This document shows positions 52,353 to 64,000 of a stretch of DNA of 64,000 bases, one piece after another. The notes beneath the pieces are model-generated. The model saw only the letters and a list, made by a program, of their open reading frames with translations. It made no database searches and was not told the DNA's origin. Source of the DNA: Octopus vulgaris (lineage: Eukaryota). The number at the start of each line of letters is the position of its first letter. The stretch's first letter is position 1. Position numbers and translations under genes: made by a program. The DNA is taken from positions 47,554,001 to 47,618,000 of the forward strand of contig OX597819.1 of NCBI GenBank assembly GCA_951406725.2. Direction: 5' to 3'.

Positions 52353-52927
52353 TATTTTACTAAGCCCTTTTATATATTGTAATAATTTGAATTCGCCTTA
52401 AATGGTCCCTTTGCATACTGAACACTTGGTGAAATTGATTAATAATTAATTAATTTTACCCTCAATTGTTGAAATTATAATTAATCTCCCTCTAATTAAT
52501 GCTTCGGATTTTACCGAAATAAGCAGAGTGTTTGCTGATTTTAACCCACGCTGGTGGAAAGGGGAGAACAGAAATTCTTCACTTGCATGTTTGAGTTTGT
52601 TGGCACTGTTAGTTACGAGCAGATCTTCGAAAGCGATGAGAAGCCGAAAGAGTATGCTCTCACTTTCAGTGTTTTCAAATCCAAACCAAGGAGTTTCTGA
52701 GCTGATGATAGAAATGTCGTGTTGACTAATCTTGAAACGTACGTTCTCAAATAACCTTTGCATTTGATTTTTTGATGTCTGTACCCCCAAACTTTCGTGA
52801 GTTGAGTTGAGCAAGCACTATATGAGAGAGATTTTCTTTAAGTATTAGAAATGGTTTTTAAAAAAGTTTTTTAGCTGCTATTTCTAATGAGTTCAGTATG
52901 CGGCAAAGTAATTTATTTTACTAAGCC

Positions 52928-52938
<11 letters not shown>
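52353..52938 (+). mobile_element. terminally redundant 561-bp non-coding unit with a hammerhead ribozyme (retrozyme/solo-pLTR-like)
   Basis: 25-bp direct repeat TATTTTACTAAGCCCTTTTATATAT at 52353 and 52914; (TA)n on both sides; CpG retained. Confidence 0.7.
52698..52749 (+). ncRNA. type I hammerhead ribozyme
   Basis: TGAG-CTGATGA-[tAGA..GTCG tgt TGAC..TCTt]-GAAA-CGTACG-TT-CTCA; stem I TGAG/CTCA, palindromic stem III, GUU triplet, imperfect stem II. Confidence 0.7.
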
Positions 52939-52966
<28 letters not shown>

Positions 52967-53014
52967 AATAGGCTTCTTTCAGTTTCCATCTACCAAATCC
53001 TCTCACAAGGCTTT

Positions 53015-53397
53015 GTGGGCATGGGTTGGACAGTTTGACCAAGGCTGGTAAGCTGAGGGGCTGCACCACACTCTAGTCTGATTTGGTATGGTTTCTACGG
53101 CTGGATGCCTTTCCTAATGCCAACCACTCCAAGAGTATAATGGATGGTAGTTACGCAACACCAGCATTCACCACATTGCCTCTGTGAGACCCACTACTCA
53201 AAAAGTGCTTTTTACGTGGTACAAGTGCCAGTTACGTAACACCGACATTGACCACAGCTATGATTTTACTTGGCTAGACAGGTCTTCTCAAGCATGGCAT
53301 ATTGCCAAAGGTCTCAGTCACTAGTCATTGCTTCTGTGAGGCCCAACGTTTGAAGATGCTTCACCACCTTGTCCCATGTCTTCTTGGGTCTCCCACT
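53015..53397 (-). mobile_element. RTE family B 3' fragment
   Basis: GRPKKTWDKVVKHLQTLGLTEAMT (ORF 53314..53520) and family B UTR. Confidence 0.8.
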
Positions 53398-53419
53398 TAC
53401 ACACACACACACACGTATA

Positions 53420-55001
53420 TCTATAATATATAGATCCTGTTTTGTCTGTGTGTGTGTGTATGTGTGTAAAAGATTATAATGGCTATATTTTTCTATTGAT
53501 TTTCTCCAAACTTGGAACATACATTACTTATGTTCCAGGGATAGTTTTAGACTCTTAAAATTTTTCACATAATAAGTAATAGGTCCCCTGGGAGCAGAAA
53601 ATACCCATTCCTGGGTTACGTGGAGAAGGGAGGTAACTCTTTGTGATGTAACTTTCAGAAATTGATTGTTTCCCTTACATCCATTGGTCAAAAAATTACC
53701 ACAATTGGCCTCAAAAAACAGCACTGTAAGTAAAATTAATGAACAGCTGCTGCAGTATGGACCTGGAAGTCCTCACATCTATAAATCAATTGATACAATC
53801 TTAGATTCAGAAGAAGTGGTAAGCTATCCAACAGAATTTCTCAATTCATTGGAGCCTCCAGGTCTACCTCCCCACAGACTGGAACTGAAAGTGGGAACTC
53901 CAGTAATGTTATTGAGGAGTTTGGATCCATTAATACTCTGCAATGGGACATGCCTGATGGTAAGGAATATGATGCCACATGGTATTGAAACCACCATTCT
54001 CTCAGAAAGGAGAGGATATTTTCCTACCCAGAATTTTTCTCATTCCATTGGGAGCAGAAATTCCTTTTCATTCAGAAGAGTGCAATTTCCTAATTGTATC
54101 AGCTTTGCAATGCCTATCAATAGATCCCAAAGTCAAACACTGTCTGTGGTGGAACTTCATTTGGAAGAGTTATGCTTCTCACATAAGTGATTAAATGTTG
54201 ACTGCTCTAGTGTGGGAAGCAAAAAAAAATCTATTTGCATTTGTTCTACAAGGGAAAACAAAGAATATTATTTACCAAGAGGTTTTGTAGGAATTACTAC
54301 TTCCTACAATGCACTCCAGTATCCATTGCTCTTTGTGAATGATGAAGATGGATACCATCTCAGAGTAATACCAACAAATCTGAAGACTGCATAAATAAAG
54401 CAGTTTCCTGCATGGCCTTCAATATCAAAGCATATTCTCCAACTACTCCCACCAACCATGTAGTAAGCCATTATGCCTTATTTTTTCAAGTAATTCATTA
54501 CTACATATTCTCGTGTGACTGCATAGACTCAGTTTATGTTTCTTATTCTACAGCCGCACCAACAATCCGAAGTCAACCCCTTGCCTTCTGCAACATTTCA
54601 ACTGTTCATGTCCCTATTGCAGCCCCTTTCCATAGTGCACCCATTTACATATAATATCTCCATTAAACCTACATTTATTCAACTGTCAATCATACAATGG
54701 GTCATGTTAGATGCAGCGCTGTCTGCTGCAAAGGAGAGTATATCCACTGACAGCTTTTCAGTGCATTCCAAAATCACATACACTCCGCCCCCAATTTTCG
54801 ATGACAGGTTAGGGCCTGGAATCCTCCAATCGACACATGACATGTTGCTAAGTCGAATTAGCCCATCATTTACTCCATAAATGTTTTGTCATCAATGCTG
54901 CACTTTCCATATCACATGTTTCAATATAACTGTAATAAATATACAATATATTTACAAACTATGTCATTTTAATCCCAAGCAATGCTGGGTATCTCTGCTA
55001 G
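53420..55001 (+). mobile_element. internally deleted Helitron with PIF1-like helicase fragment
   Basis: 5' TC, 3' hairpin CCCAAGCAATGCTGGG and CTAG; ORF 53666..54190 YPTEFLNSLEPPGLPPHRLELKVGTPVMLLRSL..LCNGT...RVQFP..FAMPINRSQSQTL. Confidence 0.9.
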
Positions 55002-56148
55002 TATATATATATATATATATATGTAAATGTACGATAGGCTTCTTCCACTTTCCATCTGACACACCCGCTCATAAAGCTTTGTTTGGTCTGGGGCCAAGGT
55101 GACATGCAGTGGAACTGAACCCAAAACCACATAGTTGGGAAACAAGCTTCTCAACCACAAAGCCATGTCTCAAAATAGTAAACATATACACAAAAAAAAA
55201 ATATTATTTTAAAAAGCATGAAATTAATATGAATAGCATTTTTAATAGAAGTTAAGATTGATTAGTAAAGCTTCTCCTTCTCACTTTTGTTATTATTATT
55301 ATTATTGCTATTATTTTTATTTTCCCAAAATTTAGATCCTGACAGTTATAGTTATAGCTAAGATGATAGTTAATACTTTAATTAATATTCTAAATTAAAA
55401 AACAAAACATTAATTATCAATTCTCTAAAAAGAGAATTTCAATATCAATATTTATTTTGTCTCTTTTTATTTTTAATTTCGTTGCTGTTGATGTTGTTGA
55501 TATTTCTTAATTAATAAATGAATAACGACTTAATTTAACAGTTATGTGTATTTTCATTTATTCTCCATTGATTTATTTATTTATATGCTTTATTTTGTTT
55601 TTGTTTTTTTTCTTAATTTTTTTAAAAATCAATGTTTCCTTTATAGTATTTTTCTCTTTTCTCAAAGAAAGCATATATATTATCAGACATATATTATTAA
55701 AGCATATATATTATGCATTCTATTTTCTTCATCTCCTTCACATGCACACTTATTTTGCTTTCTATAACCCTGTTTCTACCTCTCAGCACTTACCACTGTC
55801 ACACCTACAATTACCACCCACCAAACATTAAAATCTATTCATCAAAATATTCATCACCAACAGTAACTCCTCCTCTTCACTAACACACACTACACACACA
55901 CACACACGCGTGCATGTGCACACACACACGTGCATGTGCACACACACACGTGCATGTGCACACACACATGCAAACATACATACACACACACAAACACTCG
56001 TACACAAACACTCACACACAAACAAATACAGTTGCTACCAAGGAGAGAATCATGATTATATTGATGCTGGTTTTAATGACTATATGCATATATGTGCATG
56101 AGCATATGTATGTGTGTGTGCATATGTGTGTATGTGTTTGTGTGTGTT

Positions 56149-56204
<56 letters not shown>

Positions 56205-56704
56205 TGTGTGCATATGCGTGTGTGGGCATGTGTGCATGTGTGTGTGTGTGTGTGTGTGATCATCATCATCAACATTTAATGTCCATGTTCCACAACTTGC
56301 CTAAAGATGCTGTGTGGCTACAGGTGAAATGAAACTCAGAGTAGCAAGAGGCTGAGTCAACCAAAATACAATATCATTCATTTCTACCATGATATTGAGT
56401 ACTTTTTTCTGACAGTTAATACTGAACATGTTTATGTGTGTGTGTATTCATCTGTGTATTTAGCATCCATTTTTCTATGCTTGCATAAGGTGGACAGGAA
56501 GTTATTTAAAGCAAGATACACTTCCTGTCCCCAACATTTATCTGTTTTTCAAATTAAGAATTTATATGGATATGATGAGCATCTTTCAGTTTCCTTCTAC
56601 CAAATCCATTGACAAGGCTTTGGCCTGCTTGAGACTATAGTAGAAGACACTTACCCAAAATGACACACAGCGGGACTAAAGCACATGGCTATGCCTATGC
56701 CTAT

Positions 56705-57070
56705 ATCATCATCATCATCATCATCATCGTCATCGTTTAACGTCCACTTTCAATGCTGGCATGGGTTGGACGGTTTGACTGGGGACTGGTGAGCCAGATG
56801 GCTGCTCTAGGCTCCAATCTGATCTAGCAGAGTTTTTACAGCTGGATGCCCTTCCTAATGCCAACCACTCCGAGAGTGTAGTGGGTGCTTTTACGTGCCA
56901 CCGGCACGAGGGCCAGTCATGCTCAAATGGTGTTTTTATATGTCACCTGCACTGGAGCCAGTCGAGTAGCACTGGCAATGCCCTTGCTCAAATGTTGTTT
57001 TTCACATACCCCCAGCACAAGTACCAGTAAGGCAATGCTGGTAACGATCACACTCGAATGGTGCTTTTCT
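56705..57070 (-). mobile_element. RTE family B 3' UTR
   Basis: (CAT)n tail plus conserved UTR with internal repeats. Confidence 0.85.
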
Positions 57071-57074
57071 GTGG

Positions 57075-58258
57075 GACAAGCCCATGGTAGTTTAGGCTTC
57101 TGCCACTTCATGAGACACTCAGGCATCAGTCTGCCAATCGGCATCCTTGAGGGGTGTCATACCACCATTCGGTGTGCCTTTGTTTTGCAGTGCTTCTCCT
57201 GTGTTCATTGATTTCTGTGATGGCTGAAACAATGGAACAGTGTGCTTCTGTGAAATTCTGTTTGCCTGCTGGGGAAAAGAGCAACTGAAATAATTGTCAT
57301 GCTTCAAACAGCTTATAAGGATGTTGCCATGAGCAAAACACAAGTTTACAAGTGGTCCCTTGTCACTTGAAGACCAACTTCATTCAAGGTGACTGTTGAC
57401 TTCCCAAACAAATGAAAACATCCTGAAAATTCGTAAACTGATCTTGGAGGACCATTGCTGGAGCAATTGATGAACTTGTTGATATGACTGGTGTGTCCTG
57501 TGCCAATGAATTTTGAGTGAAGAATTGCAAATGGAATGCGTGTTGTGAATTGAAAGAACAGCTGGAAGATAATCCGGACCCTTTTTGAAAGTCATCAGTG
57601 GTGACAAAAGCTGCTGCTACAATTATGATCAGGAAATGAAGCAACGATCAAGTTAATGGAAGCATTCAATGTCACCAAGCCCCAACAAAGTGTGTCAAGT
57701 GAATCCCAATATCAAGACAATGCTGGTTTGTTTCATCAATGCAAAAGGAATTGTCCACACAGAATTTGCTCCTCCTGTTCAAACTGCTAACCAAAACATT
57801 TTATTTGGCAGTTCTAAAGTGTTTGTGAAACACAGTAAGACGAAAACACCCCAGTCTGTGCAAAGTGGAGAGTGGTGGTTTCATCATGACAATGTGCCTG
57901 TGCACACTACCTTGGGTGTGAGACAGTTTTTTACCAAAAATAGCACGACCCCATTTACCCATCCTCCCTATTCACTTGATCTTGCTCCCTGCGACTTATT
58001 TTTGCCCCCCCACATTAATAAAAGTCCTTAAAGGAAAGCATGTTGCAAATGTGGAAGAGGTGAAGAAAAAAAGTGATGGGGGCATTAAAAGGCATCACTT
58101 CACAAGATTTCCAGGACTGCTTCAAACAGTAGAAAACGTGTCTGGACCAATGCATTGCTTCAAATGAAGAATATTTTGAAGGTGATAAAATGTAAAGATG
58201 TAAAGCAAAGTGAATAAAATAATATTGCAAATTTCTGGTTTCTTTGGGTATTATCTCA
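57075..58258 (+). mobile_element. mariner (DD34D) transposon, pseudogenised transposase ~57220-58195
   Basis: MAETMEQCASVKFC, MLQTAYKDVAMSKTQVYKW, HHDNVPVH, HPPYSLDLAPCDLFL, EYFEGDK*; right TIR-like end followed by TA. Confidence 0.85.
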
Positions 58259-58269
58259 TAAATATATAT

Positions 58270-58765
58270 ACATATATATATATACATACATGATGGCCAT
58301 CCACTCGTGACCGAGGAAGACCATTATTGACCTTCAGGAACATTGCATGCTCTAGGACTAACTTATATTTTGCATTTGTGGCTCCGTTGGTGGCTAATGA
58401 GCCCTGCTCTTGATAAGCATAAATGACTGCAAACATTGCAGACCAAGCTTTCCCCATTCACTACACCAGCTATGTGCTTTCGCACAGCATGCTTAAGCTC
58501 TTCATGCTGAATACGTGCTCTCTCAAAAGTGTTGGTCCCCTCCTTAACCTGCCTCCTCCATTTGTGGCAATGACAGGCATTGTTCTCCCAGTTAGTCTCC
58601 TGCATATCACAGGCCTTTAATGAGGACTTGACACAGTCCTTAAATCGCAGCTTTGGTTTCTGCTGGGGATCTCTTTCCATTCACAAGTTCTCCATATAGC
58701 ATCTGCTTAGAGATCTTGCTATCCTTCATTCTAATAAGGTGTCCAGTCCAACGTAACTGGTGCTT
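58270..58765 (-). mobile_element. RTE (BovB-like) LINE 3' end
   Basis: QLRWTGHLIRMKDSKISKQMLYGEL, KPKLRFKDCVK, C-x2-C...SRAGLISHQRSH. Confidence 0.85.
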
Positions 58766-58963
58766 GTGCAGTTATACACGAGAATACATACATAAAACAA
58801 AACATACAAATCTGCACATATACATACATACATACATACATACATACATACATACAAATAAAAATGCCCTGTTGTTGATGTTGAAATTCCAATGAAGGAG
58901 CCTTGGATCTAAGTTAGAAACCAACTATCTCTATTTGCAAAAATCTTGAAATAAAACTGAATA

Positions 58964-58994
<31 letters not shown>

Positions 58995-59097
58995 TTATAT
59001 ATATACACATATATATATATATATGCATGTATACACAAACATAAATATATATACACATACACATGCACACACATATATATTATAAATGTGTGTGTGT

Positions 59098-59136
<39 letters not shown>

Positions 59137-59475
59137 GTGTGACTATTTTGGTGTCTTTGCATGAAAGCAATGTGTAAAAAATGGAGAAGTTTGTTGGCAT
59201 TCCCTGTCAACGAAAATTGTCCTCAAGTTCTACATTTTTGAAGACAAGTGGAATAACAAAAATTCCTTACTTGAAAAATAGGTGATGATTGATAACAAAA
59301 GAGTTATTTGGCAGCAAAACAATACTTCAGTAACATGCATTCATTCACCCCATGCTAACATGGAAAAATGGATATAAAACACACACACACATGATGTAAA
59401 ACAAATATATATGATTTTAAGGATGATAGTGTGATGATGATGATGATGATATATATATATATATATATATATATA

Positions 59476-59645
59476 CTACACTCACGGAGTGGTTGGCGTT
59501 AGGAAGGGCATCCAGCCGTAGAAACACTGCCAGATTTGACTGGGCCTGATGAAGCCTTCTGGCTTCACAGACCCCAGTAGAACCGTCCAACCCATGCTAG
59601 CATGGAAAACGGACGCTAAACGATGATGATGATGATGATGATGAT
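59476..59645 (+). mobile_element. RTE family B 3' tip
   Basis: Conserved UTR end plus (GAT)n. Confidence 0.85.
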
Positions 59646-59648
59646 ATA

Positions 59649-60056
59649 GGCGCAGGAGTGGCTGTGTGGTAAGTAGCTTGCTAACCAACCACATGGTTCC
59701 GGGTTCAGTCCCACTGCGTGGCATCTTGGGCAAGTGTCTTCTGCTATAGCCCCGGGCCGACCAATGCCTTGTGAGTGGATTTGGTAGACGGAAACTGAAA
59801 GAAGCCAGTCGTATATATGTATATATATATATATGTGTGTGTATGTGTTTGTTTGTCTGTGTTTGTCCCCCTAGCATTGCTTGACAACTGATGCTGGTGT
59901 GTTTACATCCCCATCACTTAGCAGTTCGACAAAAGAGAACGATAGAATAAGTACTGGGCTTACAAAGAATAAGTCCTGGGGTCAATTTGCTTGACTAAAG
60001 GCGGTGCTCCAGCATGGCCACAGTCAAAGGACTGAAACAAGTAAAAGAGTAAAGAG
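59649..60056 (+). mobile_element. SINE family A, full length
   Basis: GGCGCAGGAGTGGCTGTGTGGTAAG head through AAGTAAAAGAG tail. Confidence 0.9.
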
Positions 60057-60060
60057 TATA

Positions 60061-60105
<45 letters not shown>

Positions 60106-60119
60106 CCTCTTCCTCCTCC

Positions 60120-60600
60120 TCCCCATCATTTAATTCTGTTTTCCATGCTGGTATGGGTTGGATAGTTTGACAGGAGCTGGTAATCTGCAATGCCCCAGGC
60201 ATCTGTACTGGCATAGTTTCTATTGTTGGATGACCTTCCTAATGCCCACCGTTTTACTCAGTGTACTGAAAGCTTTCTATGTGATGCCAGCATGGATGCT
60301 CTTTACGTGGTGCTTTTTTATGTGGCACTGACATGGATGTTCTTTATACGACACTGGCACAGGTATTTCTTACATGATGCTGGCAGCTAGCATCATCATC
60401 ATCACCACCATCATCATCATCATCATCATCACCACCATTTAACATCCACTCTTGATGCTGGCATAGGTTAGATAGTTTGACTGGAGCCGATGAGCAAGAA
60501 AGCTGCACCAAATTCCAGTCTTATTTGGCATGGTTTCTACAGCTGGATGCCCTTCCTAACACCAACCACTCCAGGAGTGTAATGGGTGCTTTTACATGCA
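60120..60600 (-). mobile_element. two decayed family B 3' ends
   Basis: Two (CAT)n-TTTAA..TCC..TTTCCATGCTGG units. Confidence 0.7.
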
Positions 60601-60685
60601 TGGATTATAGAACTGCGTGTGGATTGTGTAACCACACATGGATTATGTAACAGCACATGAACTGTGCAACCACATGTGGATTATC
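60599..60685. repeat. ~19-bp minisatellite
   Basis: CATGGATTATGTAACCACA-like units, about 4.5 copies. Confidence 0.7.
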
Positions 60686-60737
60686 GATGATTTTTTTCCT
60701 CCTTTCTTCTTTTCCTTTTGAACTTACCTGCTTTTCC

Positions 60738-60774
60738 TGTTTCTAAAGAAGAGCTATGTTCGAAATGTAAAACA
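60738..60774 (+). ncRNA. decayed minimal hammerhead ribozyme
   Basis: TGTTT-CTAAAGAA-GAGC tat GTTC-GAAA-TG-TA-AAACA; stems I and II pair, core G mutated to A. Confidence 0.5.
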
Positions 60775-61188
60775 ACTACTCTTTTTCTTCTCTGAGTATC
60801 ATATTAATACTTTGCCTGCCCTCACATTTGTTTCTTTGTTTTCTTTTTACCCTGTTCTTTTCTCTGTTTTTTTAATCATTTATATAGTTAATAAAAAAAC
60901 ATATTTCAGAAAGAAGCACACTCTAAAGAATAGAGCAGTAATTGTTACCACAAAATTTTATATCTTGGACATAGAATTACCCAAGGTTTCACATCGACAA
61001 AGCCAAAGCCTTGTGGACAGCTCGTTAGACTCTATATAAAGACAAAAATTTTAATTTCTATGTCGCAGACGTGAGAAAACGCTTAGAAATCAAGAAATAC
61101 ATCTTAACAAAAGAACATTAATGAGGACAGGTTATCTCCCCTGAAGCAGAAGAAAAAAAACAATCCTTGTAGATGTGCAGTGGTTATA

Positions 61189-61551
61189 TCTATTATATAA
61201 AATCCGTTCTATCTGTTTGTGTGTGTGCCTTCTAGGATCTCGGGTATCCTCCATCCGATTGCGCTCAAATTTGAGATGTAGATACCGACAGTATCAGGGC
61301 ATGTATAAGTCTTGAAAAAATTACAAAAATCGATTCCAGGTGAGAATGTAATCGATAAAGCCGTGGGAACGTGCATTTGTATGTGCAAGTATTTCAGCTG
61401 TTGTGATCGATACTACACGTATGTGAGAAAAATGCACTGTGTCTCAAATTTATGTTAAATCAGTGTTTCAGACAAGTTGTTTTGAGAAAATTTGATTTAA
61501 ATGTTTGACAACTCAGCACCATCCATTGGACGAGGGGGTGGGATTTTACTC

Positions 61552-61552
<1 letters not shown>
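61189..61552 (+). mobile_element. non-autonomous Helitron-like element
   Basis: 5' TCTATTATATAAAA, (GT)n, CCGATTGCGCTCAAATTTG core, 3' CACC..GGTG hairpin and CTCG(T) end before (TA)n. Confidence 0.6.
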
Positions 61553-61596
<44 letters not shown>

Positions 61597-61744
61597 TATA
61601 AAAAAATGGAGAGGATCAAGAGGTGGTATTCATCTACTTTTAGACATATTATGTCTATTTATTTATTAAAAAAAAAACGATTATAACAATATACATACAC
61701 GTAGAACATATTATGCTTTACATATATAAAAAATACCAGTAATT

Positions 61745-62912
61745 ATCATTGAAGAAAATAGGTGTCTTCCCGAACAGATTTTTAATGTAAACAAAACTGG
61801 ATTGTATTGGAAAAAATTGCCAGACTGTTCATTCATTTGCAAGGAGGAGAAAACTATTCCAAGCTACAAGGTCTCAAAAAAACGTGTGGCCATTATGTTG
61901 GGAGGTAATTGTGCAGGAGATTTGAAGTTAAAGCCATTGCTTGTGTGTCATGCACACAACCCCCCATGCCCTGAAGATCATACCCAAGGCATCGCTTCCT
62001 GTTATATGGATGACTAATTCAAAAGCATGGGTTACTGTTGTTGTTTTTGAAGATTGGTTCTTCAATCATTTCATCCCAGCAGCAGAAAAGTACTTGTAAA
62101 GAGATGGGGATTCCTTTTAAGGTTTTATTTATCTCAGATAATGCTCCTGGCTGCCTGCAAAACATCATAGATTGTGACCCCAACATTACCATCATATACC
62201 TCCCTCTGAACTCCATGTCTCTTCTGCAGCCAATGGACCAAGGAATAATTGCTATCTTCAAGCGTTACTATATGAAGCTTATGCTGTGGCAAGCAATAGC
62301 TGTAACTGATCTTGATGAGTCCCGCATACTTCATGACTTTTAGAAGAGGTGTGATATCTACAAGGCTGTTCAGAACATAGCAGTGTACAGAGTATGGCTA
62401 TGAATAGTATATGGGAGAAGCTATGCTTGCAATTCATGAATGATTTTAAGGAGTTTGATAATGTTGCCATCAACAAAATGTTGGTTACTACAAGCAAAGA
62501 ACTGGAAATGGATTTGGAGGAGGAAGATTTCACAGATTTATTTGAAAAAGACAAGTAGACCCTGACGAATGAGGATTTGATAGAGCTTCATGAGTAGCAT
62601 AATGAAGAAGATGAGGAAGTCGAACCTGAGCCATGTCCCTTTACCATTAAGAAAATGCAGCAAGCATTTGCATATATCGAAAAAGGTCTTTCTATGTTCA
62701 AGGATAGATCTTTCTATGATCCAAATGCTCAACACTTCCCCAAGATTATGGGAGCTTGTCATGAAGATTTTGCTCCTTATAATGTAATCTTTGAGGAAAA
62801 GAAGACAGTTCAAGGAACTTTCAACCGGTTTTTTAAGAGAATCGAACAACAAGAACAGCCAGAGTCAGCTGTTGCTGTTAACAATTCACAGCCATCTACA
62901 TCTACAATGTAA
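61745..62912 (+). mobile_element. Tigger/pogo transposase relic
   Basis: QIFNVNKTGLYWKKLP, KKRVAIMLGGNCAGDLKLKPLLV, DNAPG, LPLNSMSLLQPMDQGII; frameshifted. Confidence 0.9.
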
Positions 62913-63299
62913 ACCACCAAATTGTATGTACATATTGGTAAATTTAAAATAATTTAGTTTTTTTTTACTATTGCAAAATAATAATGATTACTGAATTTGT
63001 TTTTTAAGCTTATTGCAAACCACATTCATAAATAAAGTGTCTACGATGTATGGTAAGCACCGTCAAATTGTATTCGTAAATTTAGATTACTTTTTTTTTT
63101 ACTGTACTGTATTAAAAAATAAAAATTATTTGTTTGTAAGCTTAAGATAGGTTTTTATTAACCAGGTGTAATTGAAAATGCAATCATAAATAAAGTATAG
63201 AACTGGGAATGGTTATTATCAGTTTAACCTAGAGACAAGTAAATCCAACTAAAGCCATGTCTCCTGGAACCAATTAACAACGTAGGGTGAGGTATGCCT

Positions 63300-63830
<531 letters not shown>

Positions 63831-64000
63831 TAAAAGGTAAACACAAATGGCGTTGAAAATTTACGACAGCTGTTTCATTAGCCATTTCTGGCGTCTTACA
63901 AGTTGATGTGCCTTGATTGTTATGAATCCTTGTAACAAAATCACACACACTCACACACACACATGCACGCACAAAGAGATAGATATATATTAATACATAT

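Noticed and set aside
52446-52814. 122-aa minus-strand ORF inside the HHR unit
   Set aside because: Non-ATG start, no recognisable domain; better explained as the antisense of a structured non-coding unit

Overview
Eukaryotic, very AT-rich, microsatellite-dense DNA, almost certainly cephalopod (Octopus-like, inferred from the SINE repertoire; not database-checked). No complete protein-coding gene is visible and nearly all listed ORFs are microsatellite or transposon artefacts. The only well-supported host gene signal is a CpG-rich promoter region (~21.5-22.3 kb) with a minus-strand first coding exon encoding a signal peptide, plus a few weak downstream exon candidates. The rest is a mosaic of tRNA-derived SINEs (at least 5 families), RTE, R4/Dong and CR1/L2 LINE relics, a Neptune-like Penelope element, mariner, maT and Tigger transposase relics, hAT/piggyBac/Tc1 MITEs, and Helitron/Helentron elements. 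The most notable signal is a set of sequence-diverse type I hammerhead ribozyme (HHR) motifs with palindromic stem III. Two look nearly intact (17014-17128, 52698-52749) and several are decayed. They sit in non-coding fold-back or terminally redundant units, mostly inserted in (TA)n, near a Penelope element: a possible cephalopod retrozyme/Penelope-pLTR system. All coordinates were read by eye; repeat boundaries are approximate.
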